From the NCBI GenBank assembly GCA_965662175.1, contig CBFIGT010000064.1:8-13665 (forward strand): a DNA stretch of 13,658 nucleotides. The letters are read 5' to 3'. The notes beneath the pieces are model-generated. The model saw only the letters and a list, made by a program, of their open reading frames with translations. It did not search any database and was not told the origin of the DNA. The position numbers were made by a program, and so were the translations under genes. How positions within the stretch are numbered: the stretch's first letter is position 1; each line of letters begins with the position of its first letter. This DNA comes from Arcobacter sp. (GTDB lineage Bacteria; Campylobacterota; Campylobacteria; Campylobacterales; Arcobacteraceae). This document shows positions 6,826-13,658 of this stretch, piece after piece.

Positions 6826-7644
6826 TAAATTGAAAAAAGTTTCACACTCCTTTATATCTTTCATTATTTGATTTTTAAGCTCTTCAAAAGAGGCAAATTT
6901 TTCATTTTCTCTAGTTTTTTTGTAAAATTTAATAGAGATGTTTTTTGATTTTACACTTATATCTTTGTTTAAAATATGAGTTTCAACTGCATATTTTCCA
7001 TCTGTAGTGACTCTGTGTCCTAAAAAAGTGATTGAGGGATAACTTATATTATCAACTATAGTTTTAGTAATATAAACTCCCTCATTTGGTAAAAGATAAT
7101 CAGAAACATCAATATTAATAGTTGGTACAAACTCTTTTTTACCAAGTCCTTGACCTTTTATTTGAATTCCCTCAATTTGGTATTTTCTTCCTAAAAGTGT
7201 ATTTGCTGTTAGAAAATCACCTTTTTTTATATACTCTCTTATAACCCTTGAGTGAACAGGAATATTGTTTATACTAATTTCATTTATTACAACAACTTCG
7301 CCATTGAAAACAGATTTTAATTCATTTATACAATAAGCTCTATTTTTCCCAAAACAAAAATCAAAACCAACTACTATTTTTCGTAAATTAGGAAACTCTT
7401 TTTTTAATAAAGCAATAAACTCTTTTCCCTCTAAAGCTTTGATTTCATCTAATTTATAATAAAAAATTGGGAAAGTTGTATATTTTTCTCTTACATTTTT
7501 TGGGGTTAGGTTTGCAAATCCTGATTCTATAGATATAATTGCACCATGTTTTGAAAGATTTGAAAAAAGAGTTTGATGGGCCATATGCATACCATCAAAT
7601 CCTCCTATTGCTATAGATGTAATATCTTGTTTATTATTATTCAT
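6823..7644 (-). CDS. ribF: Bifunctional riboflavin kinase / FAD synthetase
   Basis: IAIGGFDGMHMAHQ, IVVGFDFCFGKNR, HSRVIRE, GQGLG..VPTIN, GVY, ETHIL and RENEKF motifs. Directly downstream of tlyA as in Campylobacterota. Confidence 0.95.
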   Translation of the reverse strand: MNNNKQDITSIAIGGFDGMHMAHQTLFSNLSKHGAIISIESGFANLTPKNVREKYTTFPIFYYKLDEIKALEGKEFIALLKKEFPNLRKIVVGFDFCFGKNRAYCINELKSVFNGEVVVINEISINNIPVHSRVIREYIKKGDFLTANTLLGRKYQIEGIQIKGQGLGKKEFVPTINIDVSDYLLPNEGVYITKTIVDNISYPSITFLGHRVTTDGKYAVETHILNKDISVKSKNISIKFYKKTRENEKFASFEELKNQIMKDIKECETFFNL

Positions 7645-7651
7645 TTTTAAC

Positions 7652-8365
7652 CTATATCATTTTTTCAAAGTAAAATAACTCTTCGAGGTTTCCATCTTTT
7701 CCCTCAAGTTTACTATATGAGCTATTTACTAATTTCCAGTTTAAAAGTGTTGTTGCATCAAGAAATTTAACTCTTGCTTGTTCAATTGTATTTTTATCTT
7801 TTACAACACCTTTTTTATCTCTTTTTACATTTGTTCCAACTTCAAATTGTGGCTTAAACAGTATTATTATATTTTTTTGTGCTAATCTATTTATATCATT
7901 TAAAATATTATGAATACTTATAAATGAAACATCACATGTAACTATATCAAAATCTTTTTTACTTTGAAAATCTCTTATATCTGTATTTTCAAAAAACTCT
8001 ATATTTTGATTGTTTTTTATTTTTTCATGTAGTTGATTTGAACCTACATCTACACAAGTTACACTTTTAACACTATTTTCAAGTAAAATTTGAGTAAAGC
8101 CACCTGTACTAGAACCAATATCAAGTGCCTTTGAGTTTTCTAGTTTTAAATTTATTTCATCTAAAAAATATTTTAGTTTATAAGCTGCTCTTGATACATA
8201 AAAGCACTCTTCTAAAATCTCAATATTGTGATTTTCTTCTACTTTAAAAGATGGTTTTGTTATAATTGCACCATCTATTTTTATCTTGTTTGCTTTTATA
8301 AGCTCATGGGCTTTGTTTCTACTTTGTATATCAAAAGCTTTTGTTAAAAATAAATCTAATCTCAT
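7652..8365 (-). CDS. tlyA: TlyA family rRNA (cytidine-2'-O)-methyltransferase
   Basis: N-terminal S4 domain (MRLDLFL...SRNKA), YVSRAAYKL, LDIGSSTGGFT, VDVGSNQL, CDVSFIS, FKPQFEVG and GKDGNLE. The K-D-K-E tetrad is present. Confidence 0.96.
   Translation of the reverse strand: MRLDLFLTKAFDIQSRNKAHELIKANKIKIDGAIITKPSFKVEENHNIEILEECFYVSRAAYKLKYFLDEINLKLENSKALDIGSSTGGFTQILLENSVKSVTCVDVGSNQLHEKIKNNQNIEFFENTDIRDFQSKKDFDIVTCDVSFISIHNILNDINRLAQKNIIILFKPQFEVGTNVKRDKKGVVKDKNTIEQARVKFLDATTLLNWKLVNSSYSKLEGKDGNLEELFYFEKMI
8258..8266 (+). promoter_or_regulatory. Putative extended -10 promoter (TGTTATAAT) for yigZ, inside tlyA
   Basis: Perfect TGnTATAAT about 115 bp upstream of the yigZ start. The 14-bp intergenic gap cannot hold a yigZ promoter. 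Confidence 0.45.
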
Positions 8366-8372
8366 AGGTGGA

Positions 8373-8378
8373 ATTATA
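8373..8378 (-). promoter_or_regulatory. Putative -10 element for a leaderless tlyA transcript
   Basis: The minus strand reads TATAAT-TCCACCT-ATG, with no SD upstream of tlyA on that strand. Confidence 0.55.
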
Positions 8379-8379
8379 G

Positions 8380-8955
8380 TTGAAATATGTTCAAAAAGAG
8401 TTTAGTTCAGTTTTTGAGGAGAAGAAATCAAAATTTATAGCTCATTTAGCTCCATATGATAAGTTTGATGAAGTTATGGCTAGGCTAAAATCTGAACATG
8501 TAAAGGCTAGACATTTTGTATATGCCTATAGATATTTAAATGAGTTTGAACAAATTGTAGAGAATTCAAGTGATGATGGTGAACCAAAAGGTACTAGTGG
8601 TAAACCATGTTTAAATGTTCTTTCTGGAAATGAATTAATTAATAGTTTTGTAATAGTTGTACGCTATTTTGGTGGAGTTAAGCTAGGAACTGGAGGATTG
8701 GTTAGAGCTTATAGTGATGCTGTAAATTTAGTAATAAGCGATGCAAAATTAGAAAACTATAGAAAACTTGAACTTAAATATTGTGAGTGCGATTATAGTG
8801 ATTTATCAAAAATTGAGTATCTTATCTCAAATCTTAATATAGATATAAAATCAAAAGATTTCTCTTCAAATGTAGTTTTATGTTTGGAGTCTACAAGTGA
8901 AGAGTTTGAAAGACTTTCAAAACAATTACCTCTAAATATTAAAATTTATAATTAA
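8380..8955 (+). CDS. yigZ: YigZ / IMPACT family protein
   Basis: EEKKSKFIA, ARHFVYAYR, SDDGEPKGTSGKP and VVRYFGGVKLGTGGLVRAY motifs. TTG start with SD AGGTGGA. Confidence 0.94.
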   Translation: MKYVQKEFSSVFEEKKSKFIAHLAPYDKFDEVMARLKSEHVKARHFVYAYRYLNEFEQIVENSSDDGEPKGTSGKPCLNVLSGNELINSFVIVVRYFGGVKLGTGGLVRAYSDAVNLVISDAKLENYRKLELKYCECDYSDLSKIEYLISNLNIDIKSKDFSSNVVLCLESTSEEFERLSKQLPLNIKIYN

Positions 8956-9030
8956 ATCTATTATTAAATAAGCTAATCTAAATAAAATAGTAGTATTATA
9001 ATTTTATAAATTATTTACTTGGGGTTTGTT

Positions 9031-10428
9031 ATGAAACTTTTCTTTTTACATTTACTTTTTCCTCTTTTTTTGTTTGCTAGTGAAACTATAAATATAAATT
9101 TTAAAGATTTGAAAATAGAGGAGCTTATTAAAATAAGTTCTAAATATTTGAATAAAAATATTTTCTATTCGGATGATTTGAATATCAAAGTTGGTTTTGC
9201 TTCAAGTTAAGCAATTTTAAAATCTGATTTATTTGCTATTTTAAAAAGCTCTTTAAATGATAATGGTTTTATGATAAATGAAGAGAATGGTATTTATAAA
9301 ATTATTAAAATTGATAATTATTATGAAGATAGGGATTTAGAGTATATAAAAATAAAAAATTTGGATGTATTAAATTTAATCAACTTATTAAATAAAATTA
9401 TTGATAATAAGGAGTTTTTTACCAAAAATTTAAAACCTATGATTAGTTATGAAAAAGAGAGTAACTCTTTGTTAATAGCTGGAGCAAAAACTGATATAAA
9501 GATTTTAAAAGAGTTTATAAAAAAGATTGATGTGGTAAAAAATCAAATTTATGTAAAAGCTAAGATTATAGAAATAAGTGAAACTAAAACAAATCAAATA
9601 GGTATTGAGTATGGATTAGCAGGTTTTAACAAATATAGTTCTAGCACACTTAGTAGTTTTTCAAGCTCATTAAATAGTTTAAGCAATAATGCTATTAGTT
9701 TAAGTGAGTTTTCAAGCTATGGTTTTGATATTGCATCTTTATCAAAAGCTATAAGTTTGGGTGCTACTATAAATTTTTTAAAGCAAAATGAGGCTGTGGA
9801 TGTTATTTCAGAGCCTTCAATTTTATGTGTAAATAATAAAAGTTCATCAATATATGTAGGTGAAACAAAATCCTTTAAAACAGGTCAAACTACAAATGAA
9901 ACAGGAACTAGTGAATCCTTTAAAAGAGAAGATATAGGACTTAAACTAACAGTAAAACCTAGAATTTCTGATAATAAAGTAATATTAGATATTAACACTA
10001 TTCTTGAAGATGCAAAAGAGTCAGTAAGTACAGAAAACCTTGATACTTCAAAAAAAGAGGTTAACACAACAGTAATACTCAACAATGGAGAGAGTGTAAT
10101 TATAGGTGGATTAATTAAAAGCAAGAACTTTCAAGTTGACTCAAAAATTCCAATTTTGGGTGAAATTCCAATATTGGGAACCCTTTTTAAAAATGAGCAG
10201 TTTATAAATGATAAAATAAATTTAATAGTTGTAATTACACCTTTTATTATCTTAAAAGATTCAAGCTTAACGACAATAAAAGAGAAAGTAGATAAGTTAA
10301 GTAGTTTAGAAAATATCTATATGAATAGAATAGTTAAACAATTAGAAATGAAAAAAGATGATAAAAAAGCGCAAAAGAAATTAAAGCATAATCAAATAAT
10401 GAAAGAGTATTTTCAACAAAACTATTAA
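9031..10428 (+). pseudogene. gspD: GspD/PulD-type secretin interrupted by a single in-frame TAA at 9208-9210 (pseudogene or sequencing error)
   Basis: ORFs 9019-9210 and 9271-10428 share a frame with only one stop between them. The join gives a signal peptide (MKLFFLHLLFPLFLFAS), N0 (ININFKDLKIEELIK...LFAILKSSLNDNGF...NGIYKII), an N3-like repeat (ESNSLLIAG...IKKIDV) and the secretin core (QIYVKAKIIEI, REDIGLKLTVKPRI, GESVIIGGLI, KIPILGEIPILGTLF, LIVVITPFII). The ATG at 9031 has GGGG upstream, giving 465 codons if read through. Confidence 0.85.
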
Positions 10429-11114
10429 TTATGTTTTTTTCTTTTTGTTCTTGTTTTAGATACTCTTGTTGCATTTATTTTATAAGAAAATTCTAAATAT
10501 TTTTTAATCATAAATTCAGATAAATCATACATTTCATCTAGGTTTGTTTTGATTTTCCAAGAATTAATATTATCACTTTCTGAGATTAGTTTTTTGATTT
10601 TTATATTGTTTTTATTGTAGATATTTAATACTTTTTCAATTTGTAAATTATCTATAAAATGGTGATTTGGAAATGATTTTTCATGCTCTTTTTTAAAATT
10701 ATAAATTAAACTAAAAGCTAATAACTCAGGAATCCAATGAGTTCCAGCTTGGATTTTTGTTGCAAATATTGTGGTTAGATATTTATAATAAGCTCTCATT
10801 GGTTCTAAGTTTTTAGCAAGTTTTGTGAATACTTGAGATTGGTTTTGATTTTTGAAAAGATATAACATAGTATCACTTACTATAATATTATTTTCAAGAT
10901 ACTCTTTTAACTCTTTTACACTTTTTGAAATATACTTAATCTCATTTTCATTGATATCTAAGTTCTGTTTTTTTGATATCTCTTTTGTATCAATTTGTTC
11001 ATAATCACATAATAAATTATGGACAATTAAAAGTAGGGTATCAACTTTTAATTTTTTTAAATTAAATGAGCTGCAGTGATTAAATGCTAAATTTAACTGT
11101 ATATTTTTATCCAT
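10425..11114 (-). CDS. Hypothetical protein, 229 aa, probably soluble, with a basic C-terminal tail
   Basis: Long ORF with SD AGGA (11123-11120) and a TAAAAT -10 candidate (11146-11141). Its stop overlaps the secretin stop (TTAA, 10425-10428). No family recognised. Confidence 0.85.
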   Translation of the reverse strand: MDKNIQLNLAFNHCSSFNLKKLKVDTLLLIVHNLLCDYEQIDTKEISKKQNLDINENEIKYISKSVKELKEYLENNIIVSDTMLYLFKNQNQSQVFTKLAKNLEPMRAYYKYLTTIFATKIQAGTHWIPELLAFSLIYNFKKEHEKSFPNHHFIDNLQIEKVLNIYNKNNIKIKKLISESDNINSWKIKTNLDEMYDLSEFMIKKYLEFSYKINATRVSKTRTKRKKHN

Positions 11115-11174
11115 AAATATCCTAAATTAAAATTTTTGTTATTTTAGAGAAATAAATCTTTTTCTTCTTCTTTT

Positions 11175-11227
11175 TTTGTGCTAAAATATTAGTTCATTTG
11201 TGCTAATTTTATAGTTTAAAAATGCTA
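11175..11227. promoter_or_regulatory. 22-bp-periodic direct repeats, putative AraC-family operator
   Basis: TTTGTGCTAA occurs at 11175-11184 and 11197-11206. TGCTA cores start at 11179, 11201 and 11223, exactly 22 bp apart, between a divergent gene pair that includes an AraC regulator. Confidence 0.6.
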
Positions 11228-11231
11228 TAAT
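11223..11231 (+). promoter_or_regulatory. Extended -10 promoter TGCTATAAT for a probably leaderless AraC transcript
   Basis: Perfect TGnTATAAT, then ATCTT, then the ATG at 11237. No SD. Confidence 0.65.
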
Positions 11232-11236
11232 ATCTT

Positions 11237-12109
11237 ATGAAAAGAGAAACATTACAAAAAAGAACAAAAATAGCCAATGATATTATGTATTATATTTATA
11301 CTCATATTGACACAAATATAGATATTGAAGAGTTGAGTATTGATTTAAAAGTTAGTAAATTTCATATGCATCGGATTTTTAAAGAGGCATTTGGAAAAAA
11401 TATTTATGAGAGCATAAAATCTATAAGATTGCAAAAGGCTTCAAACCTTTTATTAACAAACAAATACTCAACCATATCATCAATAGCAAACCTATGCGGA
11501 TACTCCTCTCAATCCTCTTTTATAAAAACTTTTAAAGAGAGATTTGAAATGACTCCAAAGGCTTGGAGAAGTGGTGGTTATAAAAACTACTCAAATAAAA
11601 TCTTACAACAATCCCAAAAAGCTATGGAATCAACAGCTAATTTTACAAATATGAGTCCTGAGATTGTAAAAATGCCATATTTTGAGAGTTTTTATATTAG
11701 AAACAGTGGTTACAATGCAAAAATAAAAGAGGCATGGCAAAAGCTACAGACTTGGGTTTTATCCCATGATATAAAAGAGTATAAAGAGATTGCTTTGTTC
11801 CATGATAATCCAACAATTACACCTTTAAATGAGTGTCAATATATTGCTTGTATAGTAAGTGATGATAAGAGTATTATAAGCGATAGATTACCAAATTTTA
11901 AAATTTCAGAGGGTGTTTATGCAAAATTTGATTTAAAAGGTAGACAGGGTGATATTTTGAAATTTATACACTGGGTTTATCATGAATGGCTTCCAAAAAG
12001 TGAGTTTGAAACAACAACAAAACCCTCATATGTAATTTATAGAAAAAACAACTTTTTGGATAAAGATAATGAGTTTGATTTAAGTTTTTATGTATCTATT
12101 AACTATTAG
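11237..12109 (+). CDS. AraC family transcriptional regulator with C-terminal GyrI-like effector domain (Rob-like architecture)
   Basis: N-terminal double HTH (SKFHMHRIFK, IRLQKASNLL, IANLCGYSSQSSFIKTFKERFEMTPKAWR) and C-terminal GyrI-like motifs (AWQKL, LFHDNPTITP..CQYIAC, GVYAKF, VYHEWLPKS). Confidence 0.95.
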   Translation: MKRETLQKRTKIANDIMYYIYTHIDTNIDIEELSIDLKVSKFHMHRIFKEAFGKNIYESIKSIRLQKASNLLLTNKYSTISSIANLCGYSSQSSFIKTFKERFEMTPKAWRSGGYKNYSNKILQQSQKAMESTANFTNMSPEIVKMPYFESFYIRNSGYNAKIKEAWQKLQTWVLSHDIKEYKEIALFHDNPTITPLNECQYIACIVSDDKSIISDRLPNFKISEGVYAKFDLKGRQGDILKFIHWVYHEWLPKSEFETTTKPSYVIYRKNNFLDKDNEFDLSFYVSINY

Positions 12110-12730
12110 TTATTTATTAATATATTTATCAATAAGTAAGTCATAAATAAGTAAATCTTTTAATAGTTTACTTGGATTTTTACTATTTATGATTTTATTA
12201 CAGTCACTACAAACAACTGTTAAATTTTCAAAATGATAAGTTCCACCATTTTCAATTGCTTTGATTAAAAGAAGCATTGAAGAGTTTGCTTTTATTGATT
12301 TTCCACATCTTTTGCATTTATGATTTTCCCTTGAAAGAGATAACTCTTTTCTTTTTGATAAATCTTTAGGAATTGAGTTTTTTTTAGGAATTGAATCTAA
12401 CTCATAACTTCCCCATAATAACTCTTTTTTTATATTTATTTGTGTTTTTTTTACAAATTTAAATTCAACATATTGATTTAAAATATTCTCAATAATCAAA
12501 ACTTTTTGTACATCGGGAGCTAAAGATTTATCACTTAAATCTATTTTTGAGAAATCAAATTTTATTTTTGGAAAAGTTATTTGAGTATAGTTTTCTAAAT
12601 CTTTTAAAAAGTGAAGTAAATCATCTTTATTATATAAAAATTTAAAAACCTTTTTTCTATAGATATAAAGAGGAATAAAAGAGAGTATTATGATTGATGA
12701 TATAAAAATATAATCAAGTCCAAGAATCAT
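12110..12730 (-). CDS. Membrane-anchored HNH-fold protein with a degenerate active site
   Basis: N-terminal TM (YIFISSIIILSFIPLYIY followed by RKK) and C-terminal RENHKCKRCG...GGTYHFENLTVVCSDCN, matching the CxxC...GG....NL...CxxCN HNH signature. Confidence 0.8.
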   Translation of the reverse strand: MILGLDYIFISSIIILSFIPLYIYRKKVFKFLYNKDDLLHFLKDLENYTQITFPKIKFDFSKIDLSDKSLAPDVQKVLIIENILNQYVEFKFVKKTQINIKKELLWGSYELDSIPKKNSIPKDLSKRKELSLSRENHKCKRCGKSIKANSSMLLLIKAIENGGTYHFENLTVVCSDCNKIINSKNPSKLLKDLLIYDLLIDKYINK

Positions 12731-12743
12731 AATACCACTTTAT

Positions 12744-13658
12744 TTAGATAATTTCAGGATTAACAGAGTGCGCTTTTAGAGTTGCTTGTACACTCTCATG
12801 CTCACCAATTGCTAATTTTTCAAGCTCATTTTTGTGAATTACAGGAATTGGAATCTCTCTTCCTGCAACTTTTTCTAACTCTTTTCTATTTGTATCAAAT
12901 AAGAAAAAGTCTTGTTCATTATCAACTATTAATAAATCAGCACCACTATCAAATGCATCAAGCATAATTTTAGAGGCTATTTTATTTGTGAAATTTGGAT
13001 TTTGACTAAATGTATTTTTTGCAATATCTTCATTTAATGTTTGAAGATTAAGTATAGTTGCTTTTAAATTTCCAAGTAAATTTAAAGTTTCATCACAAGC
13101 TTTTGAGCCTTTATAATAAGCTAAATTAAACTCTTTAAAGTCATGTTTTATTTCATTTGAGTTTTTGAACTCACCAAAATTTAATGTTTTTGAAGCTTTA
13201 AACTCTTTTGAAATATTCAATTTATTTTTTAGACTTAGAATTTTATCTTCAATAGTTTTATCAAAATTAAAAACTCTATTTGTTAAATCTGTATGATAAA
13301 TAATTCCATAATCACACTCTTTTAGTATTTGTAATATTTCACTCTCTTTATTTGGATGTTTTTCTATTAAATCATATGCAAGAAGTAAAATCGCATCACC
13401 TATATACTCATACTCAAAATTTATTGTATTTGAGGCATAAAAGTATGGCTTATATGAGTTATAGAGTTTTGTAAACTCTATATCAAGAGTTAAAAATGGT
13501 TTTAAAATTGAAAGTTTTTCATTAAAGTCATCTTCATTGATTAATAAATCACTACAAGCTCTTCTTATACTTAGAGGCTCAATTTTTAAATCACTTCCTA
13601 AACTCTTTTTTAAATCTTTTACTTTTGTCATAACACTTGTATAAATTTCATTTACTAC
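12744..13658 (-). CDS. HdrB C-terminal-like / DUF5644-type protein, 5' end outside the window
   Basis: The frame stays open upstream of the ATG at 13631 to the window edge (VVNEIYTSV-MTKV). IEPL resembles the end of an SdhB/FrdB-type N-terminal domain. AFDSGADLLIV and IPVIHKNELEKLAIG resemble the HdrB/CCG-domain C-terminus. Confidence 0.65.
   Translation of the reverse strand, partial: VVNEIYTSVMTKVKDLKKSLGSDLKIEPLSIRRACSDLLINEDDFNEKLSILKPFLTLDIEFTKLYNSYKPYFYASNTINFEYEYIGDAILLLAYDLIEKHPNKESEILQILKECDYGIIYHTDLTNRVFNFDKTIEDKILSLKNKLNISKEFKASKTLNFGEFKNSNEIKHDFKEFNLAYYKGSKACDETLNLLGNLKATILNLQTLNEDIAKNTFSQNPNFTNKIASKIMLDAFDSGADLLIVDNEQDFFLFDTNRKELEKVAGREIPIPVIHKNELEKLAIGEHESVQATLKAHSVNPEII

Noticed and set aside
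7652..8365. tlyA, the PgbA-like gene and yihY/brkB as a virulence cluster
   Set aside because: The names are historical. These families are widespread in non-pathogenic Campylobacterota, and TlyA here has an intact methyltransferase signature.
9019..9210. 63-aa ORF with a TTG start as an independent small gene
   Set aside because: It is the in-frame N-terminus of the secretin. The ATG at 9031 has the SD-like GGGG and begins a proper signal peptide.
9208..9270. Programmed recoding (Sec/Pyl or an alternative genetic code) at the secretin stop
   Set aside because: The codon is TAA rather than TGA or TAG, TAA ends most genes here, and no stable downstream hairpin is visible.
9885..10124. 79-aa minus-strand ORF from the ORF track
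   Set aside because: It lies entirely antisense to the conserved secretin core, has no recognisable motif, and is best explained as a shadow ORF.
9271..10428. 385-aa ORF as a complete secretin gene
   Set aside because: It starts inside the N0 domain and lacks a signal peptide, so it is the distal fragment of the interrupted gene.
9031..12730. Secretin + hypothetical + AraC + HNH as a prophage, filamentous phage or defence island
   Set aside because: The genes alternate in orientation and there is no Zot/pI ATPase, Rep, coat protein, integrase or att repeat. Nothing links them as one unit.
12782..12967. 61-aa plus-strand ORF from the ORF track
   Set aside because: It is antisense to the HdrB-like gene, has no convincing start or SD, and its composition is typical of a shadow frame.
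13629..13631. ATG at 13631 as the true start of the last gene
   Set aside because: The frame is open to the window edge and there is no SD, so the gene probably starts outside the window.
1..13658. CRISPR array, IS element or long tandem repeat
   Set aside because: No repeat-spacer periodicity, transposase ORF or terminal inverted repeats were seen by eye, and nearly all of the sequence is accounted for by genes.

Overview
A very AT-rich bacterial chromosomal segment. Gene content and order (yihY-glcD-pgbA-like, tlyA-ribF-cmoA, an HdrB-C/DUF5644-like gene) indicate Campylobacterota, most likely Arcobacteraceae; this is inferred from remembered homologues, not from a search. The window opens with the 3' tip of a 5S rRNA, an intrinsic terminator and a slightly non-canonical tRNA-Thr(GGU). 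A long minus-strand housekeeping block follows (in transcription order: tlyA, ribF, exported YyaL/SSP411-like thioredoxin-domain protein, cmoA, bcp, PgbA-N protein, glcD, yihY), ending in an unannotated 32-aa single-TM protein. On the right are yigZ, a lone short GspD-type secretin interrupted by one in-frame TAA, a hypothetical gene divergent from an AraC-GyrI (Rob-like) regulator with 22-bp-periodic repeats between them, a membrane-anchored HNH-fold protein lacking the catalytic His, and a 5'-truncated, cysteine-poor HdrB-like protein. I see no mobile element, CRISPR array or clear new multi-gene system. The most notable items are the hidden small membrane protein, the nonsense-interrupted orphan secretin, four probable leaderless transcripts, the AraC operator architecture and two degenerate enzyme folds next to each other.
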